DNA of 64,000 nucleotides from Nitrospinales bacterium (GCA_965223795.1 CBDCXL010000001.1:352001-416000), one strand, 5' to 3'. Shown: positions 1-11,282, counted from the stretch's first letter. The notes: a model not told the origin generated them from the sequence alone. Translations and numbers: made by a program.

Positions 1-74
1 TCCCGCCGGTGCCCACCAAGGAGGATATGGAAAGGTGGAAGACCGAAGGGCTGTTCATGGACCCGCTGCTTTGA
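1..74 (+). CDS. 3' end of a gene entering the window (…PPVPTKEDMERWKTEGLFMDPLL*)
   Basis: Open frame 3 to TGA at 72-74 with GC-rich codon usage, followed directly by a terminator. Confidence 0.55.
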   Translation, partial: PPVPTKEDMERWKTEGLFMDPLL

Positions 75-91
75 CGCAAGTTATTCAATCG

Positions 92-123
92 ACCGGCTCC
101 TTCGGGAGCCGGTTTTTTTTTTT
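92..123 (+). terminator. Rho-independent terminator
   Basis: ACCGGCTCC-TTCG-GGAGCCGGT stem with cUUCGg loop followed by a long T run. Confidence 0.9.
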
Positions 124-188
124 GCCGCACCGCACAGGCGGACGGTCTGGTACAATGAATGTTCAATCAATGGGTTTTGGAGAGCGTT

Positions 189-668
189 ATGGGCAAAATA
201 GACGATTTGATTCGCGAAAACCTTTCCGAGGACGGCTCCGTGCTGACGCTGCGGGAAAAATACCTCGGCGTTCGTGGCGTGATGCGGCTTGCGGAGAATC
301 CGGCCCTGGCCAATATCAAAAAGCTGGTTCTTCCCGGCAATCAGGCCAGCGATGAGGGGGCGGAAGCACTGGCCCAGTCGCCGTACCTGGCCAACCTGGA
401 ACATCTGAACCTCAACCACAACGAGGTCGGGGACGAAGGGGCCATCGCCCTGGCCAATACGGACAAGCTGCCGAAGCTGAACGACCTCACCATGTTCGGC
501 AACGCCATCGGCGACGAGGGTGCTAAGGCGTTCGCCGAATCGGCGCACAGCAAGAAATACATCAAGCTGGATCTGTACAAGAACCAGTTTTCCGATGTGG
601 GCTACAAGGCGCTGACGGAATCGGAAAACCTGAAGAACTGCGAGGAACTGGAAATCTACCGGGATTGA
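189..668 (+). CDS. Leucine-rich repeat protein (RI/GALA-like LRRs)
   Basis: Repeats LxxLxLxxNxxGDEGAxALA; start could be 159 or 189. Confidence 0.8.
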   Translation: MGKIDDLIRENLSEDGSVLTLREKYLGVRGVMRLAENPALANIKKLVLPGNQASDEGAEALAQSPYLANLEHLNLNHNEVGDEGAIALANTDKLPKLNDLTMFGNAIGDEGAKAFAESAHSKKYIKLDLYKNQFSDVGYKALTESENLKNCEELEIYRD

Positions 669-711
669 AGCGGCTCCGGTGCAAAGCCTTCTTTAGCTTT
701 GGGCTCGGTGC

Positions 712-999
712 TCAATTGCCGGAGGCCCACTCGCCGGGCGTGACCGTCTTGATCTGCAGGGCGTGGATCAGTTTGGGCGTGCCGTTGATGTGGCTGTCGA
801 GCGCGGTGTACACCATGCGCCGCCGGTCGAGCGGGTTGACGTTCTCGAATTTGGGCGAGACGACGATCACCGAGTAGTGCCCTCCCCCGCCGGCCGCTTT
901 GTGACCGCGGTGCAGATGGCTTTCGTCGATGATGTCCACATGCTGCGCGTCGAGTTCGCGCTTGAGCTGCTGTTCGATCAGTTCGGGTGTGTTGTCCAT
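712..999 (-). CDS. bolA: BolA family protein
   Basis: DESHLHRGH…GGHYSVIVVSPKF…RRRMVY…IHALQIK signature. Confidence 0.9.
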   Translation of the reverse strand: MDNTPELIEQQLKRELDAQHVDIIDESHLHRGHKAAGGGGHYSVIVVSPKFENVNPLDRRRMVYTALDSHINGTPKLIHALQIKTVTPGEWASGN

Positions 1000-1023
1000 A
1001 TTGTTCTGAATACTTTGAGTGAC

Positions 1024-1239
1024 TTATTTGTCCTCGCCCGGATGCGTGCCGAGGTCGGGCAGGTTCATGAAATCCTTCAACGATTGATCGTATTTTGCCT
1101 GGGCTTCGTGCTCCTCGATCGTGAGCAGCGGCGCCCGGCATTTGGCGCACACGGGAAGCCGTCCGGCGTCGTATTTTTTGACCCGGTTTTTGACCCTGCA
1201 ACTGGGGCAGGGTACAATGAGAAACGGAACTTCAGCCAT
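1024..1239 (-). CDS. Small zinc-ribbon protein resembling the N-terminal Zn finger of thioredoxin 2
   Basis: CPSCRVKNRV…PVCAKCRAPL; abuts bolA on the same strand. Confidence 0.7.
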   Translation of the reverse strand: MAEVPFLIVPCPSCRVKNRVKKYDAGRLPVCAKCRAPLLTIEEHEAQAKYDQSLKDFMNLPDLGTHPGEDK

Positions 1240-1323
1240 GCCCCATGATAACAGACGCCTGTGTAAAAGAAAACAGCGGCGGCGCGCGATACCCTGCCCG
1301 CTGCCGTCAGGGGAGCCGAACGG

Positions 1324-1710
1324 TCACGCGTTGGCCCCGAAAAACAGCAGGCAGCCGTCGGGATCTTTCACATGAAATTCCCGCATGCCGTATGGCTGGT
1401 CGAACGGAGGGCGGACGCGGCCCGGCGGCAGCGCATCGAGCCTGGGCTTGTAATGCTCGTACAGAGCGTCGATCGACTGCACCCATAAATAGATCGAAAT
1501 GTGGTTGGCGGTGGCGCGCAACGCTTCCGCATCGCCGGTCTGGATGAAATGCACCGCGGCATCGCCGTGAACGACGATGGCGAAGGTTTTGTCCTCCGAA
1601 ACCATGCGGCGTTCAAAGCCCAGCACATCGGCGTAGAAATCGACCGTTGCCACAATGTTGCGCACGGGAACGATGGCGACCGCGTCTTCAATGACAGGTG
1701 GTTTTGTCAT
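1324..1710 (-). CDS. VOC/glyoxalase/bleomycin-resistance family protein
   Basis: VDFYADVLGF…PFDQPYGMREFHVKDPDGCLLFFG. Confidence 0.88.
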   Translation of the reverse strand: MTKPPVIEDAVAIVPVRNIVATVDFYADVLGFERRMVSEDKTFAIVVHGDAAVHFIQTGDAEALRATANHISIYLWVQSIDALYEHYKPRLDALPPGRVRPPFDQPYGMREFHVKDPDGCLLFFGANA

Positions 1711-1768
1711 GGTGATTCCCTTGTGTCCGTTGTTGGCGCTTAGCTTTTAAAAAATTCGAGGTCTTTGC

Positions 1769-2056
1769 ATGCGATTCGATTATTCCACCGATCCGCGTTT
1801 CAAGATGCCCAAGATGCCGGTGAAAAACAAGATCCTGCTGTTTCTGGGGCTCGCGGCCGGGCTCTGCCTGCTGTTCGTGTTCGCGTTCACCTTCTTCATC
1901 GTCGCCCTGGTTGCGGGAACGATTCTGTATATCGTGAGCTGGCTGCAGAGGCCGGGAAAACGGCCGCCGCTCAACTCCGACGCGCCGTTTCCGAATTCGC
2001 GGGCCCGGCGCTACCAGCCTCCGCGCGGCCGGGACGACGACGTGATCGACGTCTGA
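1769..2056 (+). CDS. Hypothetical membrane protein
   Basis: Long hydrophobic stretch and acidic DDDVIDV C-terminus. Confidence 0.6.
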   Translation: MRFDYSTDPRFKMPKMPVKNKILLFLGLAAGLCLLFVFAFTFFIVALVAGTILYIVSWLQRPGKRPPLNSDAPFPNSRARRYQPPRGRDDDVIDV

Positions 2057-2088
2057 ACGGGGCTTCTCTTTTCTGAAACGCCACTGCT

Positions 2089-3477
<1,389 letters not shown>

Positions 3478-3544
3478 GAATCATGCCCATTGAATGCAGG
3501 GTGAAAGAAGGAAAGGGTTCAAAATTCCGGCTGCATGCGAAACG

Positions 3545-4117
3545 TCAGCGGTGGCGTTTGCGGCTGAGCTGCTCCCATTGACGCGGCGGCGATTTTTCCC
3601 GCGACTTGCTGAGCAGGTGGTTGAAAATCCGTTTCGCATCTTCTTTGGTGGTGTGGGTTCCCTGAAGGCGGGACACCAGGCTCTGTTCCAGTTCCAGAAA
3701 ATCCTGCAACTGGCGGCCGACTTTTTTCACGATCTGCAAATTGCTCAAGTCCGAAGAGCGCTCCGCCGCCGGGTGTTTTTTTTTGCCGAACAACGGCGAC
3801 GTTCCGCTTGCCGTGGCGCCGCCGCCCGCATCGGCGCTGAATTCGGGCTTGCGGCCCAACAGGCCCGAAAGGGCGAATCCTTTTTCGGTGCGGCTCAGTG
3901 CGTCCAGGTGGTTTGCAAGATCCTGCTTCAAGGACGCATCGGTGGCGGTTTTCAGCCCGCCTGTGAGCGACCAGTCTCCGCCCGCGGTTTCGAAGCACCC
4001 CAGGTCCGCAAGGTGATGCAGATACGCACGCACGTCCGCGTCCTTGAGTTCGGCGGGCGCGAAGTGCTCGTGAAACCAGTCCTGCCATTGTGCGTACGAT
4101 TTTTTCATAGGAAACAC
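3545..4117 (-). CDS. Hypothetical protein
   Basis: 190-aa ORF co-oriented between the MOSC gene and lpdA; no recognisable motif. Confidence 0.55.
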   Translation of the reverse strand: MFPMKKSYAQWQDWFHEHFAPAELKDADVRAYLHHLADLGCFETAGGDWSLTGGLKTATDASLKQDLANHLDALSRTEKGFALSGLLGRKPEFSADAGGGATASGTSPLFGKKKHPAAERSSDLSNLQIVKKVGRQLQDFLELEQSLVSRLQGTHTTKEDAKRIFNHLLSKSREKSPPRQWEQLSRKRHR

Positions 4118-4155
4118 CGGATGCGGAATGACTTGTCGATGTGCGGCGGCAGGCT

Positions 4156-4812
4156 TCAGGAAACTTTTTCAAGACGCTTCGAGAAGGTTCCCCGCCAGCT
4201 TTCGGACAAAGGCTCGATGGCGAGGATGCGCCGCAGCTGTTCCGCGTCGGACTTGTTTTTGTACATCAATTTATTGGCGGCATCCACCGAAAACGATCCC
4301 GGCCCGGATTCGATGAGATGCACCGCCGCGCCGGGTTCGATCCAGCCCGGCTCCAGCACGCGCAGGTAATAGCCGCTGAAGCCGGTGGACTGCACCTGCT
4401 GAATGAGGTCCGGCCTGTCCCAGAAACGGCTGAGTGTCCGGCAGGGCTGGCGCGGCTGGGTGCACTGCACGCGCACTTCACCGATGCGGAACACGTCGCC
4501 GATGTGCACCTGCGTTTCGGGCAGTCCGGTGACGCTCAGGTTCTCGCCGAACGCGCCGTAAGCGAGCGGCTTGCCGTACAGCGATTGCCAGTGCGGGTAA
4601 TGGTCGATGCAGTAAACGCACACCGCCTTGTCGGCGCCGCCGTGCACCCGCTTGTTGGCCACGCCGTCGCCCTTGAATCCGGTCACGTCCAGATAGATTT
4701 TTTCCTCAACCGGCTGCTTGTGGATGGCGGTGACCGCCTGGCTGCGGTTGCCTTCCACGGCGATGCGCGCGGGAAGGCCGATGTTGATGGAAGCGAGAGC
4801 GGGTTGTGTCAT
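4156..4812 (-). CDS. MOSC domain protein (YiiM-like)
   Basis: HGGADKAVC, GAFGENL, QPRQPC, SGYYLRVLEPG. Confidence 0.9.
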   Translation of the reverse strand: MTQPALASINIGLPARIAVEGNRSQAVTAIHKQPVEEKIYLDVTGFKGDGVANKRVHGGADKAVCVYCIDHYPHWQSLYGKPLAYGAFGENLSVTGLPETQVHIGDVFRIGEVRVQCTQPRQPCRTLSRFWDRPDLIQQVQSTGFSGYYLRVLEPGWIEPGAAVHLIESGPGSFSVDAANKLMYKNKSDAEQLRRILAIEPLSESWRGTFSKRLEKVS

Positions 4813-5897
4813 GGGATCGAGGATGGCTCTGTTTTCTGCAGCAGTTCGGGGACGGGGTCGCCCGACACTTCCAGGAATCCGTAAGAGCCCCGGTCCAGGC
4901 GGGACAGGGCGTGATCGACCAGCACGTAGCTGCCGGCGTTGTCCAGTTTCAGCTCGGTGACCGCCGCGCCTCCGGCGGGGATCGCCGTGGTCTGCACCGA
5001 ACGGTGGGCGTGGCTCACGTCGCCTTCCGGAAACACTGTATCAAATATCTCGCCGATGATGTGAAAATTAGAGGTCTTGGCAACGCCGCCGTTGCCGATG
5101 AAGATGCGGATGGTTTCACCGCGGTCGGCTTTCAGAGCTTTGCCTGCGCTGAGCGCCCGCACGCGCCCGTTCCACACGATGTATTCGGGCCGTTCATCCA
5201 TCATCTTTTCGGGAGAAAATTCCTGAAAGCCCTTCTCGCCCACCTTCCCCTGTGTGTAGAACTCGCCCTGCATCACGTAAAACTCCCGGTCCACCGGGGT
5301 CCATCCTGCCTCGGGGTCCACGACGATCAGTCCGTACAACCCGTTGGTGATGTGCGAGGGCACGTTGGCGCTGGCGCAGTGGTAAACGAACACGCCCGCG
5401 TGCGTGGCGGTGAAGCGGATGGTCACTTCCTTTCCGGGCGCCACCTGGGTGAGTGCACCGCCGCCGCCGGGCCCGGTCACCGCGTGCAGGTCGATGGAAT
5501 GATCGTGCGTGCTCGACGGGTGATTGACGAGGGTCAGTTCGACACGGTCTCCCTGGCGCACCCGCAGCATCGGTCCGGGAACGGTCTGCTCGAAGGTCCA
5601 GAACACGAACTCGACGCCGTCCGCCAATCGGGAGACCACCTCCCGCACTTCCAGGCGGAAGCTGCGCGTGGACGGCTTGGTCGCGCTCAGGGATTTGGGC
5701 ACCGACGCGGGATCGCGGGCGATGTCCTGCACATGCAGCAGCTTGCTGAGGTCGGTCGCATGATGGTGCGGCGGCCGCGCCGGTCCCACACCGGGGATGG
5801 CATGGGAGTGTTCGCCGTGCTTGCCGCTGTCCGCCATGCCTTGCGGCGGCGCGAGCAACAGCGCGGATACAAAAGCAATCGTGAAATATTTATTCAA
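4809..5897 (-). CDS. nirK: Copper-containing nitrite reductase (periplasmic)
   Basis: HSIDLHAVTGPGGG, YHC…HITNG, YVMQGEFYT, SNFHIIGEIFD, LVDHA; signal peptide; probable TTG start at 5897 (ORF extends to 5945). Confidence 0.93.
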   Translation of the reverse strand: MNKYFTIAFVSALLLAPPQGMADSGKHGEHSHAIPGVGPARPPHHHATDLSKLLHVQDIARDPASVPKSLSATKPSTRSFRLEVREVVSRLADGVEFVFWTFEQTVPGPMLRVRQGDRVELTLVNHPSSTHDHSIDLHAVTGPGGGGALTQVAPGKEVTIRFTATHAGVFVYHCASANVPSHITNGLYGLIVVDPEAGWTPVDREFYVMQGEFYTQGKVGEKGFQEFSPEKMMDERPEYIVWNGRVRALSAGKALKADRGETIRIFIGNGGVAKTSNFHIIGEIFDTVFPEGDVSHAHRSVQTTAIPAGGAAVTELKLDNAGSYVLVDHALSRLDRGSYGFLEVSGDPVPELLQKTEPSSIP

Positions 5898-6023
5898 TGA
5901 GTCCGTCCATCGTTTAAGGTGCGCCCCCGCTTGCCGGTGATCCACCTGAATCGTTATTCATGCCTGCAGAAACTTTTATTATAGAGGATGGAAACGATGG
6001 AAAGCGTTAAAAATGAAGTGTGG

Positions 6024-7976
6024 TCAACGCAGCGGCGGGAGTTTGGAAGAGCGATAAAACTGGAAACAGTTCTTGCCCTTTCTCTTCGCCAGGTACAGCG
6101 CTTCGTCGGCGTTTTTCATCAGGGTTTTGCTGGATTCGCCGTCGCGCGGATACAGGGCGACGCCGATGCTGAAGGAGATGCGGATATCCTCGTCGTTGAT
6201 GCGGAACGGGGCGCGAACCACGTCCAGCAGTTTGTTCGCCAGGTTGCCGGCGTCCTCCGGCGAGTTGATCTCCGGCAGCAGCAGGATGAATTCGTCGCCG
6301 CCCAGCCGGGCCACGGTGTCCTGGTTGCGCAGGCATTTTTTCAGGCGGTCGCCCACGCCTTTGAGCAGCTGGTCGCCCACGGCGTGGCCGAGGGTGTCGT
6401 TGATCTCCTTGAAGTGGTCGAAATCGAGAAACAGGATGGCGAGCATGCTCTGGCCGCGCTGCGCCTGGGCGAGGGCCATTTCCAGCCGGTCGCTGAGCAG
6501 GACGCGGTTGGGCAGTCCGGTGAGCGCGTCGTGGTACGCCATGTTGCGGATCATGCCTTCGGTGTGCTTGCGCTCCAGTTCCGCACCGGCGCGCGAGGCG
6601 AACACTTTCAGGATCGACATGGTGCGCTGCTTGTTGGACATGGGTTTGTCGTCGAACACGGAAAGGTGTCCGATGATCTTGCAGTGCGAATCGAAGCAGG
6701 GCACGGCGGCGTAGCTGCGGGAATGTTTCGACGCGAGCCGGTCTTTGCCGCTGAACAGTTCGCGGGCGCCGTCGGGATGGTAGGCGAGCATGCCCGCGAG
6801 CACTTCCTCGTAAGGCGTGTCCTTGACGTTGAAATTCTGATCGCTCAAAAATTTCCCGTCCTCCCAGCCTGCCAGGATGGAGCATTCGGTGGATTTGTAG
6901 CCGATCAGCTCGGAGACATACGCGTTCTTCACCGGCAGGGCCGAAGCCAGGTGGCGCACCAGCGAGCGGAAAAAATCGTCGCCGACGCGGGCGGACGTCC
7001 CCTCGACGATGGCGTGAAAGGCGGCCTGATCGTTGTGGCGGCGGATTTCGCTGCCGATGCTGGCGGCGACGGCCATGAGCATGGACTGTTCGTTTTTGGA
7101 CCAGGTCTTTTTGTGGCCGCGGTTGCCGAAGGCGACGAAACCCCAGTATTTGTCGTCGATGACGATGGGCACCAGGGTGATGAGGCTCAGGTCCTGCTTT
7201 TGCAGAAGACGCTGAATGTCAGTGGAAAACTCATGCGCCGGCAGGCAGACGAAGCGGCCCAGCCGCAGTTCGAAATAACAGGGCTCCAGCCCGAGATCGC
7301 TGTAGGTTTTTTCGGGAAACAGTTCATTGGGAGCGGGTTCTTCATCATCTTTTTTGTTCCAGGAGAAACAGCGCGTGAACCCCCGGTTTCCGTCCGCCTG
7401 ATCGACGTGCTGGTAGACATACGCGCATTCCGCATCGGTGGCCCGCCCCAGGATGGCCAGGGCTTCCTGAATCGCGCCGGCGTGATCGCGGCGGGTGAGC
7501 AGGCAGGTGGTCGCCTCGGACACGGCCTGCAGCAGACGGTCCTGGGTGTACAGCGTCTTTTCGGTTTTCAGCAGACGGTCTTTTTCCCGCTCCAGCAGGA
7601 TGGCGTGCTGGAGCGCTTGCGCCAGGGTCTCGGCGGTGAGGCTGGATTTGGCCAGATAATCGGTGGCCCCGGCTTTCATGGCCTCGACGGCGGTTTCCTG
7701 GTCGCCCATGCCGGTCAGGAAGACAATGGGCATGCGATGGCCCTGGGATCGGACTTTACGCAAAAGCTCGATGCCGTTGTGGACTCCGAGGCGGAAATCG
7801 AACAGGCAGGCGTCGTACGCGTTCGCCTGAATCATCTCGAACGCCTGGGAAAGCGAAGCCGCCCAGTCCATGCGGGGAACGGCATCGCCGAACCCTTCCC
7901 GGAGAAATTCCCGGATCAGGACCACATCGTCTTCGTCGTCTTCCGCGATCAGCAGTTTGAGTTTCGGATTTCCCAT
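6024..7976 (-). CDS. Response-regulator diguanylate cyclase (REC-GAF-GAF-GGDEF)
   Basis: N-terminal receiver (AEDDEDD, FDFRL, FLTG, YLAK); HDALTGLPNR; RNQD I-site; intact GGDEF. Confidence 0.9.
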   Translation of the reverse strand: MGNPKLKLLIAEDDEDDVVLIREFLREGFGDAVPRMDWAASLSQAFEMIQANAYDACLFDFRLGVHNGIELLRKVRSQGHRMPIVFLTGMGDQETAVEAMKAGATDYLAKSSLTAETLAQALQHAILLEREKDRLLKTEKTLYTQDRLLQAVSEATTCLLTRRDHAGAIQEALAILGRATDAECAYVYQHVDQADGNRGFTRCFSWNKKDDEEPAPNELFPEKTYSDLGLEPCYFELRLGRFVCLPAHEFSTDIQRLLQKQDLSLITLVPIVIDDKYWGFVAFGNRGHKKTWSKNEQSMLMAVAASIGSEIRRHNDQAAFHAIVEGTSARVGDDFFRSLVRHLASALPVKNAYVSELIGYKSTECSILAGWEDGKFLSDQNFNVKDTPYEEVLAGMLAYHPDGARELFSGKDRLASKHSRSYAAVPCFDSHCKIIGHLSVFDDKPMSNKQRTMSILKVFASRAGAELERKHTEGMIRNMAYHDALTGLPNRVLLSDRLEMALAQAQRGQSMLAILFLDFDHFKEINDTLGHAVGDQLLKGVGDRLKKCLRNQDTVARLGGDEFILLLPEINSPEDAGNLANKLLDVVRAPFRINDEDIRISFSIGVALYPRDGESSKTLMKNADEALYLAKRKGKNCFQFYRSSKLPPLR

Positions 7977-8189
7977 AGGCTTAAGGCACTTCCCCGGAAT
8001 TCGCGATGGAGGGCCACACCTATCATGATAAGTTCAACCCTTTATAAATTCAAGGAATTCAAGCAATTCTGCAAAGCCGTCATGGGGCCTCGCGGGACGC
8101 GCACCCAGCCTGAATGCTAACAGGGGAATTTTCAGGCTTTTTCGACATTTCGCCTGAGCCAAAGAAACGGGTCCGGCGTGTATCTCCAA

Positions 8190-8215
8190 TCACCCTTCGG
8201 CACGTTCAGGGTGAC
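8190..8215 (-). repeat. REP-like palindrome family, divergent copy
   Basis: Reverse complement GTCACCCTGAACGTGCCGAAGGGTGA resembles GTCACCCTGAGCTTGTCGAAGGGTG at 11284. Confidence 0.6.
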
Positions 8216-8233
8216 GGGCTTTGTTTTGCAAAG

Positions 8234-9205
8234 TCAGGGCATCCACAGGTACATGAAGTGGGGCGAGGTGGTTTCCAGGTTGAGCCCCAGGTCGATGTTG
8301 ATCATGTTGATGGTGGGGGATGCGGGCATGGAGGAATACAGGTTGGATTTGTATTCCCCGGGACGGTGATAGGTGACGACCTTCGGGTCGGCGAGCCCCA
8401 TCTCCACATTGATGGTGTCCAGGGTCTGATCCATGTAGCCGATCGAGTCGATGAGCTGCGCTTCCAAAGCCTTGTCCGCGGTGAACACGCGGCCGTCGGC
8501 CAGGGTCCGCACCGCTTTAAGATCCAGACCGGGCCGGTTTTCGGCGATGATTTCCAGAAAGCGCTCGTGGTAGCTGTTGATGGTCGATTGAAACAGCTTG
8601 CGTTCTTCAACGGTCAGGCGCCGCAGCGGCGAGAGGAAATCCTTTTTGTCGGCGGATTTCACCACTTCCCAGTCGACGCCCACCTTGTCGAGCAGCCCCT
8701 CCAGGTTCACTTTGAACGCGATCACGCCGATGCTGCCGGTGAGAGAGGTCGGGTGCCCGACGATTTTATCCCCGGCCATGGCGATGTAATAGCCTCCGGA
8801 GGCGGCCATGTCGAGGATGGAGACGTACACGCGGGTGTTGGTCCGCTCTTTGTACGCCTGGATTTCGTGGTAGATGATGTCGCTGGAGGTGACGGTGCCG
8901 CCGGGGCTGTTGACGCGCACCAGCAGCGCCTTGATGCGCTTGTCCTGTTCGGCTTTGGTCAGGATCTCGCGGACTTTCTCCACCATTCCCACCTGGATGG
9001 GATGCCCGGTGATGGCGCGTTTTTCCTGGTTGTTGATGAGGCCGTTGATGTCGAGGACGAGCACTTTTTCCGGTCCGTGACCGGAAATGACTTTTTCCTT
9101 GAGCGGGGCGATGGTGGGGCCCAGTTTGAACGCGGCGCAGCCGGAAGCGACGCACATCAAGGCAATCAGAATGGCTGACTTGACGATGAAGGCGGGTTTT
9201 GACAT
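8234..9205 (-). CDS. sppA: Signal peptide peptidase SppA (S49), lipoprotein
   Basis: RVNSPGGTV, AASGGYYIA, TGSIGVI, ADGRVFT; lipobox ASGC. Confidence 0.92.
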   Translation of the reverse strand: MSKPAFIVKSAILIALMCVASGCAAFKLGPTIAPLKEKVISGHGPEKVLVLDINGLINNQEKRAITGHPIQVGMVEKVREILTKAEQDKRIKALLVRVNSPGGTVTSSDIIYHEIQAYKERTNTRVYVSILDMAASGGYYIAMAGDKIVGHPTSLTGSIGVIAFKVNLEGLLDKVGVDWEVVKSADKKDFLSPLRRLTVEERKLFQSTINSYHERFLEIIAENRPGLDLKAVRTLADGRVFTADKALEAQLIDSIGYMDQTLDTINVEMGLADPKVVTYHRPGEYKSNLYSSMPASPTINMINIDLGLNLETTSPHFMYLWMP

Positions 9206-9414
9206 GTCTACGCGACTCCTTGAGCTGATGGGTGGAAGGAAAACAAAAATGTTAAGGGAACTTCAATCGATGCGGTCATTCACGGCAGGCTGCTCGCGGC
9301 CTCTTTAAAAGGCGCTGGCGGCCAAACGCGAATTCTTGAGGCGCCCCTAATATATCCTATTTCCAGCGGCGAGAAAATGCTTTGCTGTGTCCGTGCCGCT
9401 CAAGCGCGATGTTT

Positions 9415-10326
9415 TCAGTGGTTCAGGATTTCATAAAACGGTTTCCATTTGGAAAGCACGCGGTCGAACTCGGGATTTCCCATGAGGCATTCCTGAATTT
9501 TGATCTGGGCTTTTTCGATGACTTCGGGATTGCGCTGTTCCTTTGGGATGTCCGCCTGTTTCGCCAGGGTGTGCAGGGAATAGATCATTTCCTTGAAGTT
9601 GATGGCTTCGCGGGCGACGCGCATCTTCCATTCCTTGCGTTCGGACACCTGGTGCGCGGGAGGGATCTCGCGCTCGACCTTTTTGCCCCGGTTCACGCCT
9701 TCGATGATGCCCGCGTGTACGCCGTCGAGAACGGTGGCATCGGCGCCGGCGGCTTTCAGCTTGTCGAAGATGAGGTTGATCTCCTGCAGACTGGGAATCA
9801 GCGTCAACTGGATCAGGGTGTCCTGGTCGATGCCGTATTTTTCGGTCAGCTCCTTCGGGGTGATCCTTTTCGCACTGCTGAACTCCGCGTTGAGGGCGTC
9901 GATGAGCTTGAGCATCCCGGTCTCCAGTTTTTCCTTGGCCTGGGTCCGGTTTTTTTCGATGCATTCGTCGAGCACGGCCTCTTTGCCGAGATACTTGAAG
10001 GTGTCGCGGAACTTTTTATCGAGATCGAAGAGGATGGCGTCCACTTCGCGGTTGAGGTGCGTTATCACGCGCAGGTGCCGGTCGGCGTCGATGGGCACCT
10101 GAAACTTTTTGCGGATCTCCTTTTCGACCTTGAAGTAGTCCTTGGGAATGGAGCGCAGCAGCTTCTCGTAGGAGGCGCACACCGCGTCCATCCGCTCCAT
10201 GGAGTTCTTCTTGTTCTCCTTGGTGTAGCGGACGTTGATCTTGCCCACGCGCACGGAGTTTTCCTGAAGTAGCGCGACCACCTTTGCCTGCCCCATTGCG
10301 TCGATTTTAGTGTCTAGGTCTTCCAT
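9415..10326 (-). CDS. Hypothetical helical protein
   Basis: 303-aa ORF with native codon bias, K/E-rich. Confidence 0.7.
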   Translation of the reverse strand: MEDLDTKIDAMGQAKVVALLQENSVRVGKINVRYTKENKKNSMERMDAVCASYEKLLRSIPKDYFKVEKEIRKKFQVPIDADRHLRVITHLNREVDAILFDLDKKFRDTFKYLGKEAVLDECIEKNRTQAKEKLETGMLKLIDALNAEFSSAKRITPKELTEKYGIDQDTLIQLTLIPSLQEINLIFDKLKAAGADATVLDGVHAGIIEGVNRGKKVEREIPPAHQVSERKEWKMRVAREAINFKEMIYSLHTLAKQADIPKEQRNPEVIEKAQIKIQECLMGNPEFDRVLSKWKPFYEILNH

Positions 10327-10353
10327 CCGGATGTATGAGCGGTCTGCCTGGAA

Positions 10354-11163
10354 TCAAGGGTTGTCGAGCGAGGTGGATTTTGCGCAGCGGCAGCCGATCC
10401 CGTAGAAATCCTTGGCGTCGTCGTATCCGTAACGGCTGGAGGATCTGAGGTACCCCGGCAGGCTGTTCCAGGCACCCCCGCGAATCGTGTGGTGTTTCCC
10501 ACTCTCAGGCCCCTGGGGATTCTTGTAGGGGCTTTCCTTATAATAGGTTTTATCATACCAGTCGTGCACCCATTCGGCAACATTTCCGGCCAGGTCGTGC
10601 ACCCCTTCCGGCGTTTTCCCCTTGGGGTTCTGGCCGACCTCGTTGAGCACGAGGCCCTTCATGATGAAGCAGCAGCGGTTGAAATTGGCGCGCGAGGGGT
10701 CGGGCTCTTCGTTGCCCCAGGGGTAGCGGCGGCTCTCCAGACCGGCGGCGGCGCGCTCCCATTCCGCCTCGGTCGGGAGGCGTTTTCCCTGCCAACGGCA
10801 ATAGTCGCGGCAGCGCTTCCAGGTCAGGCCGAACACGGGACGGTTCGCCATGTCCGGCAGAACGGTCCTGCCGTCCCAGCCGGTGATGGTCGGGTGCTGC
10901 TTCGGGTTGGCGGCGAGGTAGCGCTCGAAATCCTTGCCCGTCGCTTCGAACCGGTCGATGGCGAACGCGTCCAGATATACTTTGTGGCGCGGGCGCTCGT
11001 CCTTGCGCCCTTCCTCGTCCGGATTTCCCATCCAGAATTCTCCGGCCGGGAAATGGACCATGCCGCCACTCTCCGCAAATAGCGGAATCGGGGCGGTCCA
11101 GCTTGCCAGAAGGACGGCGGCGACCGCGATCCGCATCCTGTTATAAAAAGATTGTGCCGTCAC
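10354..11163 (-). CDS. Formylglycine-generating enzyme/SUMF1 family exported protein
   Basis: PAGEFWMG, RLPTEAEWERAA, DLAGNVAEW, RGGAW, GIGCRCA. Confidence 0.9.
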   Translation of the reverse strand: MTAQSFYNRMRIAVAAVLLASWTAPIPLFAESGGMVHFPAGEFWMGNPDEEGRKDERPRHKVYLDAFAIDRFEATGKDFERYLAANPKQHPTITGWDGRTVLPDMANRPVFGLTWKRCRDYCRWQGKRLPTEAEWERAAAGLESRRYPWGNEEPDPSRANFNRCCFIMKGLVLNEVGQNPKGKTPEGVHDLAGNVAEWVHDWYDKTYYKESPYKNPQGPESGKHHTIRGGAWNSLPGYLRSSSRYGYDDAKDFYGIGCRCAKSTSLDNP

Positions 11164-11282
11164 GGCGATGCCTTTATGATGGTTTCGGCTTTTGAAAGCG
11201 GTTTGCCCGTCTGTCCGGAAACCGTGAACCCTTCTTCACAAGGAGTCCTTTTCATAAGACCGCAGGGAAGCATATAGTAAAC

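Noticed and set aside
5988..8120. 710-aa plus-strand ORF
   Set aside because: Antisense shadow of the diguanylate cyclase; typical of high-GC codon bias, no motifs
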